Assembly: GCA_043228905.1 (NCBI GenBank)
Contig: JBHGNT010000006.1
Coordinates: 11,718,001-11,782,000 of the forward strand
Direction of reading: 5' to 3'
DNA: 64,000 bases
Origin: Azolla caroliniana
Lineage: Eukaryota; Plantae; Polypodiophyta
This document shows, piece by piece, positions 22,153 to 37,290 of the stretch. The translations under genes were made by a program, and so were the position numbers. The first letter of the stretch is position 1, and every line of letters begins with the position of its first letter. The notes under the pieces are model-generated. The model was not told where the DNA came from and did not search any database. It saw nothing but the letters and a program-made list of their open reading frames with translations.

Positions 22153-23297
22153 TGTCGTGAAGATCCGTCACTACGCGCGGATCGTGAGGCGGAACCGCCG
22201 GGGTTCTGGACCGGAAGGATTCAAAGTCGGTACAAGCTTCGACGCAAGCTTTAGCGAGAAAGTACTTAAGATAGATTGGGAAATTGAGAAGTTGAGATTA
22301 AACAATTGAGAGAGATTGATTGAACTTTTAACTTTAGATTTAAGAAACAAGTTACACGATCAATTTGATAACGAATTTCTTCTTCTTAATTTCATAAAAA
22401 AAAACGTGTTTTTTCTCCTCCCCCTTCCTTCTTTTATAGATGCTCTCATGCATATGATGCCTATGAGGGTACAAGACATGCATAAAATGCATGTTTGCCA
22501 TTTGGCACTCATGTATTACATGTGGTGCATGATAACCATGGCACTCATTTTAGCTCTCATGTATGAGAATTTACATGTAAAAGTACAATGATAGAGATAT
22601 AAATTCAACTAAATGGCATGGCTTAATGGTAAGCCATTTGACTCCTAACTCGGAGGTGCAAGGTTCGAATCCTTACTTGCCTTCCTTATATATATAAATA
22701 TATGTATATATATTTATATATTTATTTATCTAGTCACCGGACGCCGGTTCGTCAGATACCGTCGGTTGCCGGTTGCCGCCGGATACCGGTGCCGCTGTCG
22801 GATGCCGTCGGTTACCGGTGCCTCGCCGAATGCCGTTGTCTCACCGTCGCCGGATTGCCGCCAGATGCCAGTGTCTTACTGGCGCCGGATCACCGGCTCC
22901 ATCGCCGGTCCGGTTTTGGTTGGCCAAAACCCTTTACGAGTAACTAGCCCACCTCCACTCTTAGTTCAAGTTACCTTGAACTCTCTATGCTCCACACATA
23001 GACACAAAGATAATATCTTTTCCTCTACCTTATATATGATGAGAGTCGTATTTGTCGTGCCTATGTGGGATATCTCACAATTTTCTCTTTTCCTTTCACA
23101 AACTTTATACCCTCATATCTTGACATTTAGTTGTCCATTTCTAGTGTTATAAAGTGCTTTCGAAACCTCCATCATTTTGTACTTAGATATTAAATTTATT
23201 TAAAATGTTATCTTCACAATTATTGTATTATGTGATTCATACTCGTTTTTGTACGTTTTATGGAATTTTCACACTATTGCCGAAAATCTTCACGACA
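22153..23297. mobile_element. Solo LTR-like insertion 3 in element D
   Basis: Perfect 12-bp terminal inverted repeat TGTCGTGAAGAT/ATCTTCACGACA. Flanks GCGA / TCGA. The host RT reads HIHDC|EKVLQRL after removal. Confidence 0.88.
22612..22682 (+). other. tRNA-like sequence (Pol III A and B boxes) within solo LTR 3
   Basis: A box TGGCTTAATGG with D-stem GGCTT/AAGCC, and B box GGTTCGAATCC with T-stem AAGG/CCTT. The acceptor stem does not form. Confidence 0.65.
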
Positions 23298-25960
23298 TCG
23301 AGAAGGTGCTACAAAGACTCAGGAGAGCGCGGCTCACCTTCTCTGGAGAAAAATCAGCTTTCGGACAGCCGAAGATCCTGGTAGTCGGACACCTATGCGG
23401 GCCTTACGGACGGAAGGCGTCCCAGGCGAAGGTAGAAGCCATCTCCGCGATGCAGGATGATTGCGGGTCGGTCACGGAGGTCCGAAGGATCATGGGGGCA
23501 TGTGCGTTCTATCACATCTGGATTCCTCACTACACGCATGTTGCGGAACCGCTTTACGGGTTATTAAAGAAAGGGCGCCAGTTCGAATGGAGGGCGGAGC
23601 ACACGGAGTTGGTCCGGAGACTGAAGGAGGCGCTCGTCGTGGCACCGGCTCTCCGGAAAATGGTTTATGGCAAGGAAGTCCCCATTTACGTGACGGTGGA
23701 CACGAGCCAGGTGAGGATCGGGTGGGTGATCAATTAGGAATACGAAGACGACGTACGGTTCCCGATCCGGTTCAGGGCAACGGTATTGAGCGAGCGGCAG
23801 CGAGGACACGCCCAAATCAAGCGCGAGCTATGGGGTATTGTTTCGGCAGTCAAGGACGACAAGGACTATCTGATCGGGATGGAAGTGATCATCAAGACGG
23901 ACTGCCTACCGATTCTGGGTATGGTTTCTGGATGCGCGACTCCGAACCTGGTGATGCTCAGGTGGATTGCATACATCAAGTCCCTGAACCCGGAGATACG
24001 ACACATCTCCGAAAGGATAACGCCATGGCCGATATGCTTTCAAGGGCACGGTTCAGCGACGAGGATGGCATGGTTTCAGATAACGAAGAAGTCGGCGAGG
24101 ACTTCTTCAGGTCAGCTAACGTAACAACAAGAAAGGGGAGCACTCCGGCACTTAACGAATTCGACGAGAGTAAGTACGACGAGGAGTGGCTCCAGATCGA
24201 CGGGTTCCTAAAGACAATGGCACCAGACATGGCGTGGACGAAGGAAGAGACCAACCGGATTTGGAAGAAAGCGTACCGATTCTTCCTACGGGACGAGGGC
24301 ATATGGAAGCACCTGAAGAAGAGAAACGGCATCCCGCTCCGAGTGGTGGCGAAGAAAGAGGAACAGGAAGAATTGTTGACGGTGTACCACGAGAGTTCCT
24401 GGGCCGGACACCGCGGGACGTGGGCCACATTCGAGAAGCTAAAGGGGAAGTATTGGTGGTCAAGACTATACCAGGATGTGCATCGGTTCGTGACGACTTG
24501 CGAAAGCTGTCAGGTGCACTCCATAGTCCGACATCGGGACGAGCTTCACCCGACCTACCCTCCGACCGTCCACTTCAAGTGGATGGTGGATCTGGTGACG
24601 ATGCCGATGGGGGTAGGGCAGATGCGGTATCTGGTGCTGGCTCAAGAGGACCTGACGAACTAGGTGGAAGGTCGAGCGTTGCAGAACAAGACGATTGCGA
24701 CCGTGTGTTGATTTCTGATCGAAGAAGTGGTATGTCGGTACGGGTGCGTAGGTAGGATCGTGGCCGACCGGGGAGAATTGGACGCACAAGAGGCGGAAGA
24801 GTTGTTTGACCGGCTAGGGATTAAACTCTCGCTCACCACAATGTACAATCCGGAGGCTAACGGGAAGGTGGAACGTGGACACGGGCTGATCGTCAAAGCG
24901 TTAGTACAGGCATGTGGAGGCCAAGTCGAGAACTGGCCGCGGCTCTTACCCTATGTGTTGTGGGCGGACCGAACTACGCAAAATTCGGTAATTGGGTTCA
25001 TGCCGGCAGAGCTAACGTATGGGCAGAAGCCGATCATGCGAACGGAGCAGACAATCTCCTCATGGGCCACGGTGGACTGGAAAGACGAGATGAGCCGGGA
25101 GGAGCTGTTAGCGGCACGGATTCGGCAGCTAGCGCGAAGACCGGAGGACGTGGACCGAGGCACGGAGAAGCTACGGGTGGCGAGGGTAAAGAACAAAGGA
25201 CGATTCAACTGGACTGACCGACTGAGACCGAAGAAGATCGAGGAAGGCGACTGGGTTCTAGTGTATGACAGCAGCCTCGACAACCAGCACAAGGCAACGC
25301 GGAAGTTTGCAAGAAGGTGGTTCAGGCCTTATGTGGTGACAAGCGCCAACGACAATGGGACCTACCATCTCGCGGAGCTCGACAGGACAAGGATGGCGGT
25401 ACCGGTGGCAGGGAAAAGGATCAAAGCATTCAAAAAGCGGCACAAGGCTGAACCGGACCCGGACGACCTGGATAGCGACAACAACCGGCTCGGAACAGAT
25501 GTCGATCCGGAAGACGAAGGATAAGCGTGGGTCGGTCCTCTCCTGTAAGAGTCTCATTTTGGCGCATACCTGTGGATGCGCGGTTAGGTGGGGGCGGATG
25601 TCATGGAGAAAACCGTCCCTAGGCAGAAACCGGGTATAACATGCATAAACCGGCCCTTACACGTGGGCACAAGTTTTGTTGTATAGTACGCAAATGGGGG
25701 AGAAAATAGAGGCGTATCCCTGTCTGAAAGGACATGGAATAAACATGATGTAACGGGTGGTAACGGCCTCCCTCCTTGGGCTATAAAAGAGAGGGAGAGG
25801 TATGGTAAATATATCACATTTTGTGGAGGACGAAGTGTTGCCGGACTGGAACCAAGCTCTTCTCCTTTGTCTTCTCCATAGTTGTTCTGTGTAGGTTTTC
25901 GGGAGGTTGACTCTGCTCCGCGGAATGCCCGAGTGCTTCCGGCAGAGTCTCCATCTCGCG

Positions 25961-25996
<36 letters not shown>

Positions 25997-26864
25997 GCAT
26001 CGGAGCCTATCACTTGCCGGCTTGCCAGTTGTAACTCCTTGATACATACATATACATTCGTTCTCTCTCCATTGTTCAAAGTTAGTTGCCACTCCTGTGA
26101 ATCTATGTGTTTGTGCGCATGTGAAGTACGTTGGTAGTTTCCATCCCCTCTTCTCATTCAAATATTTCTCGGTCCAAGGCCCCCGTGGTCCCGCCTCGTT
26201 CTCCATGCACGCGCATAACAACGCGACAACGTGATGGTATGTGGACAAATAAGTGTAAAGTCTTTGTGTTAAAAGTCATGTTATAAGTGTGTCCAAAATG
26301 TGCACATGAGTAAGAGTGAGTATATCAATATCTGTAAACATATGCACATTTATGTGAATGTGTTTAAAGGGTATGTAACTAACCTACAAGCCTCATTGTA
26401 TATTCTTGATTTGTAACCCTCCCTCATGTACCTATATAACCCCACCCATGGGGCATGAATGCGTAGTAGAGTTTTTGCCTCTCAATAATTGTGTCTCTCT
26501 CTTCCTCACTCTCAACCCCCTTGGGATGGGGGTGGAGCCATTCTTGGTTCCACCCCCCACCCATCAACACGGCATGCCCTATGGCGAACCCCCATGAAGA
26601 AGAAGTCGAGGAACTACATGCAACAGAAGTATGCGAGAGAGCGAGCTGCACACGATGATTGTGATATGGCACACAAGGATCGATCAAGAAATGACCATGA
26701 CATGTGAAGAGAAGAAGATAAAGAAGAAACAACAACAATCCTATCCATGGCATGGATTCATCCAAAGAAGAAGATGAAAGTTCTGAGCAAGGGGCTTCTA
26801 GATAATGACCCGGTTGAAATGTCACAAGGATAGGACAACACACAAAGATGCCTTTGATGTCCCA

Positions 26865-27457
26865 TGTTAGGAAAATGTCCCTCTTGTGGGAGGAGCCGAC
26901 ACTCAAAGACGAGGAATAACCGACTAGTAGGGTTGAGAGCCGACAATCGAAGACACGACCGACTAGTCGGGCCGACTGAACAATCGACACTAGAGTCGAC
27001 TAGTCGATAAGTCGGTTGATTAACGCATGTTACTATTATTAATTAGATAATAATAGAAACAAATATATTTGTAAATAACCCATATTGTATATGAGTATAA
27101 ATACACCTACAACAAACATTATGTTGTGTAGAATAGCATAGAACATGTAATGCAGAATAGAATAGTGTTTCTGTAGTTGTGAGTTATAGAGAGACGAGAG
27201 AGTGCGTGAGAGAGAGGGGCAACAGGCAACAACCCTAAGTGGTTATCCACTGAGCATTAGAGAAGAGTAGTAACCGTTCTTTGTATTCTCTGTGTTATAG
27301 TGGGTGGAAGATCTCTTCTCCCGTGGTTTTCCCCATTTAGGGTTTCCACGTAAAAGTGTGTGTATTGTATATTTTGTGTACTTGTTGTTCTCTGTTCCCC
27401 CGTTATTGTGTATTTCCAAGTCTGTCTTTCTCACAGGTTTGAGATTGAATTCCAATA
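26865..27457 (+). mobile_element. Solo LTR (Copia-type)
   Basis: TGTTAGGAA...TTCCAATA termini; 5-bp TSD TCCCA (26860-26864 / 27458-27462); TATAAATA and GGGTTTCCACGTAAA U5-type motif. Confidence 0.8.
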
Positions 27458-30220
27458 TCCCACCTGTGATGAATGGAGGATATCAACCTACGATAGGCCC
27501 ATCAAGCAAGCTATCCAAGATGAAGGAGGAAATAAGTCGAAGGCGGAATTTCAAGAAATGCAACAATTAGAAACGGAAAACAGATCTTCAATCAAGTTGC
27601 CACAAGTACAGTTGTACGATCCATCCCATGTGCAATCTATGAATTCAAATCAGATTGTGGCTAATGCTATGGGGAGTGTTGAACCCAAAGCAAGTCCCAG
27701 GTAGGTATCCCAATAAAGAATTTCATACTACTACATATAGCCATCATAGCGCAGATTCACAATCAAGTGTTTGAGGAGAGGATGAAATGAATGCCAATTT
27801 AGAAGCAAGTGTTGCAAGGAAATCTATGTATATTGGATCTGTTGGGGCTTGTCCACTCAAGTGGAGCCCACAACATTAAGTCGGCTGAACGCCGAATAGA
27901 CTTAATACTAATTAGTTGTATTTAAATATATATATATATGTATGTATGTATGTCTCCTTTTTCTTTTTTGTATGTTTTTTTGGGCGTGTGTCTTTTCGAA
28001 AGGGATGGGGGGGGGGGGGGGGTGCGCGGATCTCACATCATATGTGTAATTCAGAGGGATGGGGTCACATAGAAGCCTTCTTCCAAGTTCAGTGGCACTA
28101 CAACTGTGGCAGACAGTTTCAACTTCTGCCGAAGAAAGAGGAGAAGAAAGAGGAAAGGAAGGAAACAGAAAGAGAAAGAAAGAGGAGTTTGAGCAAAAAA
28201 AAGTAGGAACAAAAACAGAAAAAGTCGAGGGCATTATACATAAGCGTAGTTTTTGCTAATAAGATGCGGGTGCAGGTCAATGACAAGTGTTGTTGGAGGA
28301 GGCAGCTTCTTCCCTCCTAAAACCCTGGTTGTCGCCTTCAAAATAAGATAAAAAAAAGACAAGGATTAGGGTTTTAGTTGACAAAAATAATGCCGAAAGA
28401 AGAAGGTTACCTAACGGAGAGGAGAGACTGTTGGTCGAGTTGATTAAACCTTATATGTTGCATCATAAGACCCGACCCATAAGCCAAAGCGAGATGGTTT
28501 ATTATGTGAGAGAATTTTTGGGCCAATAAAAAGTGGCTCTTTCCTTCAAGTGAGTTGAGCTCCTCGAGCTCCTACCTTCCACTGAGTCAAGCTCCGCACA
28601 TGCCCTCGGCTATGTACCTTGCACCGTCCGTGCCCGTGATTCCCTTGCTAGGCCTCTTAATGATTTGGTAGTAGTTAGACACGTCGATTTGCACCCAAAT
28701 AATAAAGAGGCTTGCTAAGTGAATTGTGGCCACAGAGGGCGTGTAGTCGAGGGTACATGCGTTCTATACTATAAGACTTTACCTAAGAAAGCACACGAGT
28801 TTTCGATAGCCCGACTTTGATAAGCATTTGTTACTAGGAGCCCGAATCTCTAACTGCAGTAGCCCGACCAACTCAAGACAAGAGCCCAACTCAAATCAGG
28901 CACCCCAATCGACTCATTGCAGGAGCCCGACTCAAATCAATAGCCTAACCAAGTCAGGGCTAATGCTCAACTCAAAGACTAACATCAAAAACTTCAAAAT
29001 ACTTCTTAGTGCAAAAAAAATTCTGACATCAAAAACTTCTAAGTATAAAAAAAAACTTTGACATCAAAATCTTTGAGTTTGAAATATATAAAACTTCCAC
29101 CATTAAATTTAAAACGTGCGCAAATCTTATTCCCAATGTAAAACAACAAGTGATCATTCCAAACAGTGTTTTGTCTTAGATTTCACCAAAGCATTAAAAT
29201 TTCAGCCATCAACAATATTTCAACCACCAAAAATTCAGCCACTAAAAAACCAAAAATGTGTTTTGAACATACTTAAAACTTCAAATTTCCAACCATAAAG
29301 TGTTTCAAAGATCACAAGCTATGTATTGTTGATTTCAGAGACCAAAAATGTCCAGTCCAAGAGCAAAAAGCTAGATATGATAATTCAATCCATTTTAGAT
29401 GGTAGGAGATATGTCTCCACGACCAGTTCTACTTCCATCTCCACTTGTAAATAGTGCATCAAAACCTTAGTCAAGATTTTCATTTGTAAATCCATCTCGA
29501 ACTCAACATTAACAAGATCCTTGCACAAGCCTAATCAACATCAAAATTAAACTTCAATAATTTAGCATTAGATTTGTCCCATGTTCAAGAACTTGCTAAA
29601 CTTCCGAGGATATGATCCATCTTTTAGCAAAGGATTCATTCTCTAGGACCTAGGTAAGCAATACTACTATTGCATATTAGGCATTTGTTCCATTACACTT
29701 GATTTTGTTGTTTTATCTTGCTTTTCATTCAAGGGTCTTGTAATCAATTTATGACCACATGACTTCCTTACAAAAAGATACATTTTTTATAAGCAATATC
29801 AAGTAGGATAGCATGGCTCTTAGCATAGTTTTAAGGACTTTTCAGTTGTTAAATTGTAATCAAGTGATTATTTGTTGTAATATTTGCATTAGCGGTCACT
29901 GTTCTTGACAAATTCCCAACAAAAAGAATCATTGCAATATTAAGAAGAGCACATGATGATGATCAAAACACATGAATAAAAACGATGACAGGGACAACAA
30001 ATGGATAATGACTCATGTCATATATATATTATATAAGCTGGCAAGCTTCCTTTTATTTCTTAAATCCTGTCAACCACTAACAAAATTCATTAGCATGAGG
30101 AAACTAAAGTCTTTCCTTTCGGAGGCATATAATTACAATAGGGCTTTATTATGTATGCATTTAGTTGGAGAAGAGGAAATGCAAGTAGGCTCTGTTGCAA
30201 TACAACCCATCTGCCATGAG

Positions 30221-33361
<3,141 letters not shown>

Positions 33362-33736
33362 GGCAGAAGGAAAGAGAATAGATGAGAATATGAACACAGT
33401 TGAGTTTGGATTATTGTTCTCCCTGTATTTGTTTCTAAGTGTTCTAACAAATAAAAAGGGTGCGTGAGGAAGTGGCGACAAGGATCCATGACGTGAGCTA
33501 TGGCGATGGAGGCGATGGAGGGGGGGCAGGGCGAGATTTGCGCAGAGGGATCAGCTCTGTTTTGTTTTGCTTTGCTTTTTTTTCTTGTCTTTTCTTTCTT
33601 GCGCTTTTCCTTGTTCTCTCTATGGATTTTAGCGTGTAGGGAGTCGCGTAGACTTGAAGTAACGAGGAGAGTGGAGGAGGAAGAGGAGAAGATGTATGGA
33701 GGAGTAAGTACATACATAATAGATAGGTGAGAAATT

Positions 33737-33799
33737 TGAGTTTCGAACCCAAGACATAGTATAGTGCTTGTAGTGTAAGGGCTTACCACTAGGGTTACC
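33737..33799 (-). other. tRNA/SINE-like remnant upstream of MDH
   Basis: Minus strand TAACCCTAGTGG (A-box-like) ... GGGTTCGAAACTC (B-box-like). Confidence 0.4.
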
Positions 33800-34155
33800 A
33801 TATAAAAAAAATGTATGAGAGAGAGAGAGAGAGAAGATTCCTTTTGCATCTGTGGTGGCCCACCTATGGCCACATGATGCCGCCATTGTGGTGGTTGTCC
33901 GCCATGAGTTTCGATGGCGCAGGTTGCCAAAGATGTTAAAACTCACCACCTACTTAGTTCACGTGTGTGGGTGATGATGTACATATGCGGGTTGGCCCAT
34001 AGCGCCACAAGGACAATGATGATGTAACCACAGATATTACCTCTTGTAAGCTTCTATGATGCTCCCTGCAGGTCGCCGAAGATGGCTATTGACCTCTTGT
34101 TGCTAGCTAAGACATATATCTGCATGGAGCAACCACTTAAACGCACTCTCACTAT

Positions 34156-34918
34156 TAGCAATGGGCCCGGTTCGGTTCGGTTTCTTGGCCTTGAAACCAA
34201 ACCAAACCATTTATTAATAAAAAAAACCGAACCAAACTGTTTTAAAATTTATGAAGCCATTTAAACCAACTCGTTTAAAGCATAGGAGAAACCAAACCGT
34301 TTACGTAAAATTTAAAACCAAACCATTTTTTATTGATATTAATCATTATACTTATTATAAATTTGTGTGAGAAAATCATCGTAAATTTATTCATCATACT
34401 CATCATAAATTTTGTCATCATACTTATTATAAAATTTGTCATCATACTTATCATAATTTTGGTCATCATACTAATCATAAATTTGATCATCATACTAATC
34501 ATAAAGTTGATCATCATACTAATCATAAAGTTGATCATCATACTTATCATAAAGTTGATCATCATACTTATCATAATTGATCATCATAAATGAAAAAGAG
34601 ACTCTACATATAATACATATAAAATTTAATAAGTTAAAACAAGAGTTTAAAATTAAAAGTTGAAAGTTATAGCTTATAGAAAATATTTATGAGTATTTTT
34701 TAACCTATAAACCTATAAACCTTTAAACCGAACCACATAAACAAAAACCGATAAGCCGCTAAACCGCTAAACCGGTCAATTCAAAACCGAACTGAACCGA
34801 AACCGATTAGTAACATTTGAAATCAAACCAAACTGTTTAGTTATCTTTGAACCTATAAACCATTAAGCCACGAATTTTCGGTTCGGTTCGGTTTGAGGTG
34901 AAACCGAGCCCATTGCTA
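34156..34918. mobile_element. Non-autonomous hAT-type DNA transposon (MITE-like)
   Basis: TIRs TAGCAATGGGCCCGGTT / AAACCGAGCCCATTGCTA; 8-bp TSD CTCACTAT / CTCGCTAT; subterminal AACCG motifs. Confidence 0.88.
34375..34590. repeat. 24-bp minisatellite inside the hAT element
   Basis: About 8-9 units of ATCATCATACT(A/T)ATCATAAA(G/T)TTG. Confidence 0.85.
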
Positions 34919-35299
34919 CTCGCTATCTTGAGACCGAGCACAGGATACAATATTAACTTCAAAACTTGGATCACATCATAATAATATAGATCACACAAAC
35001 ACCCCTCCTACATATCAGCTCAAGCTACGTCTAGAACCTGTAATCTTAAGGACAAATGCCTTATATGCACATCAGGCATAATATAACAAAAATTGATTGA
35101 GTGTACATCATACTCTCTCTTTGGGTAAAGTTCTTGTGCGTGAATATTGAGGTTAACATGGTACCATCAATGATCCCTAATTACTCCTAGCCTATCTTAT
35201 TTCCTATTTATTACGTTGGACCTCCCTAAAGGGTCTCTTTCCAATTATGGGCCATTTACTTCTAATCAAAGGTGCTTTTATGTGCATAATTACAACAGT

Positions 35300-36450
35300 G
35301 TCATGTAGTTGGATAATATACATTCCCATATGACAACCAACATTATGGCACACTTAGCACAAGGGCACTCGATTTTCACGCAAACCAAGAACATAGCCGA
35401 AGTATGCATTAGTCTCCCTCTCCATCCATCTGTCCATTAAACTTCTTAATATAGGCTTTTCACCCCATGCCTACCATTGAACATGAAAGCATTCCACATA
35501 TTCGAAACGTGTTGCAACCCCTAATATTGTGAAAATCAGAACAATAACTCTAACTCATCATTTGAACCATTTTAAACATACTAAGGAAAATGTCATTGTT
35601 GAGGCATCAAGTATCGGTGGGACAACACTTGCCAAATCTCTAATTTCTTCCAAATGATATGAGCTATAGGGCATTTAATGAATCAATGTGTACTCGCTTC
35701 CAATGTAATGGTGCAAGAGAAGCATGTCCCTGACTCCCAACCCTTGTCTGCTTAAGGTTGAACCTAATGGGAGCCTACCCATCATGACTCTCCAAATGAA
35801 TACCTTCGCCAAACATGGCAAATGGGAATGCTAACCATGTCGTCAAATTTTCCACCACCTTGCATTTGACTTACATACATTCCACACCTTTTATGCTTCA
35901 AATGAGAACCAAGGCAATCATGCCATTGCATGATGATACAATATATTTGTTGTGACTTACAATTAGTGTGTCCATCCTTTAACAATCAATCCACCCAATA
36001 AGCCCATTTCATTTAATTGACAAATATCCATTCAACAAGGGTATATCTTGTAATTTCTCCCAAATAAATCTATAATCGGGGGAATGAATAACCATCGTTT
36101 ACCATTTTCAATTAATGACAAACTTTGAGATTCAATATCAACCAAGTCCCTAATTGAAACATATGATTGAATTGAGATCACATTTTCTCTTTTCCATGCC
36201 AATGCAACAATCGATAATAAATGAATAATGCATCATGTAATGAATTACAAAACTTTCGATTACTTGATGGCGCTTCACTCAAGAAAATGTAATGCATATT
36301 ACCAAGACCTAACCAATTGTTGAGCACTTACAAAATGTTGAAAATTTAAAAGGATCCATTCATTGAGCAATGTCCATCATCATTCTTGAATCTTATATTT
36401 TCCATGCATCACTACTTCATGCTCCATAAATTATTGCATCATAGATATCC
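35300..36450 (-). mobile_element. Highly decayed LINE (L1-like) 3' remnant
   Basis: Minus strand CFSC...EASTH*FIKCPIAHIIW at ~35650-35725 resembles the zf-RVT motif. Extent is a guess. Confidence 0.4.
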
Positions 36451-36889
36451 ACGGTTGCTCTTGTTGACTCCTATCTCATTATAACGCAAAATTGCGGTTC
36501 GTCTTGCTCGTCTTGTTCATTTTTTCTTTCTCTCATTTCTTATTTTTACTTTTATATCCTTACACCACCTCATTGGAAACCATCCTTATCATGCTCCTCT
36601 GGAACCAACATTGCTACCACCCTTGCCCACAAAGATGCCACAAGACACCAAAGCAAATTACTTGGCTAAATAGAATACGCCGCATCCGGCCAAGTACAAT
36701 AATTAAGCAAGTAGCTCGAAGCCGTGGAAGCCTGAGTAGCTAAAAATGTATAGATTAGAGTATACAAGGATAAGGAAGCAACCAAAGTCACCAAAATTTA
36801 AACTACCTCTTGAAGGACACATCAAATTAATGAGCATGAAGTGTCGATGATAATGGACGTTATGACCTCCACAACCATAAAAAGGCTGA

Positions 36890-37290
36890 AGAATATCAAT
36901 AAAGAACTTGCTCGGATTAGTGAGTAAACTCCATAAATACACAATGCACACTTATGAGAAAATTGCAGAAGCAATATGTTTGAAAATGACACATGATCCT
37001 TAATGAATAAAGAATTATTGGTGTCGAGGATCAATTGCAAACATGCAAAAGTGCTTATGAATGATGGAGGCTTCCTCACATTGTGGCAGTTGAAGTTGAA
37101 AAATATCAATAAAAGATTTGCTCAACCTAGTGAATAAACTCCATAAATACAAGGAATGTGTGCACACCACTAACAAAATCTTGAAAGCATGCATGATCCT
37201 TGATGAGAGAAAGACTCGGTGGTATTGAGGATCAATCACACATAATAGAAAAAGCACCTATGAATGATGGAGGCTTGCTTGGATGTGATG
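36890..37290. repeat. Imperfect ~200-bp tandem duplication
   Basis: AATATCAATAAA...AGTGA(G/A)TAAACTCCATAAATAC at ~36892 and ~37102; TGAATGATGGAGGCTT occurs twice. Confidence 0.65.

Larger units (their letters stand above)
21116..25524 (+). pseudogene. RT-RNaseH-integrase region of element D
   Basis: WFTVPKKNGTLRFIQDL and PFLDDI (RT), VTVDTS (RNase H), HRGTW...CESCQ, ADRGEL and YNPEANGKVER (integrase). Stops, frameshifts and a solo-LTR insertion. Confidence 0.9.
15795..26228 (+). mobile_element. Element D: non-chromovirus Gypsy LTR retrotransposon (tRNA-Trp primed), decayed, with three solo-LTR insertions
   Basis: LTRs 15795-16461 and 25599-26228 (TGTCG/TGTCA...CGACA, each with a (TG)n tract). 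4-bp TSD ACGT. PBS at 16466-16483; PPT GGTGGGGGCGGA before 25599. Confidence 0.92.

Noticed and set aside
22612-22682. Functional tRNA-Arg(CCT) gene
   Set aside because: The acceptor stem cannot pair and the anticodon loop is irregular; kept only as a tRNA-like module.
26400-27900. Possible older Gypsy 5' remnant hosting the Copia solo LTR (TATA at ~26432, PBS-like CGGCATGCCC at ~26570)
   Set aside because: Too degenerate to define boundaries or domains.
34275-34593. Ile/Met-rich ORFs on both strands
   Set aside because: Artefacts of the 24-bp minisatellite.
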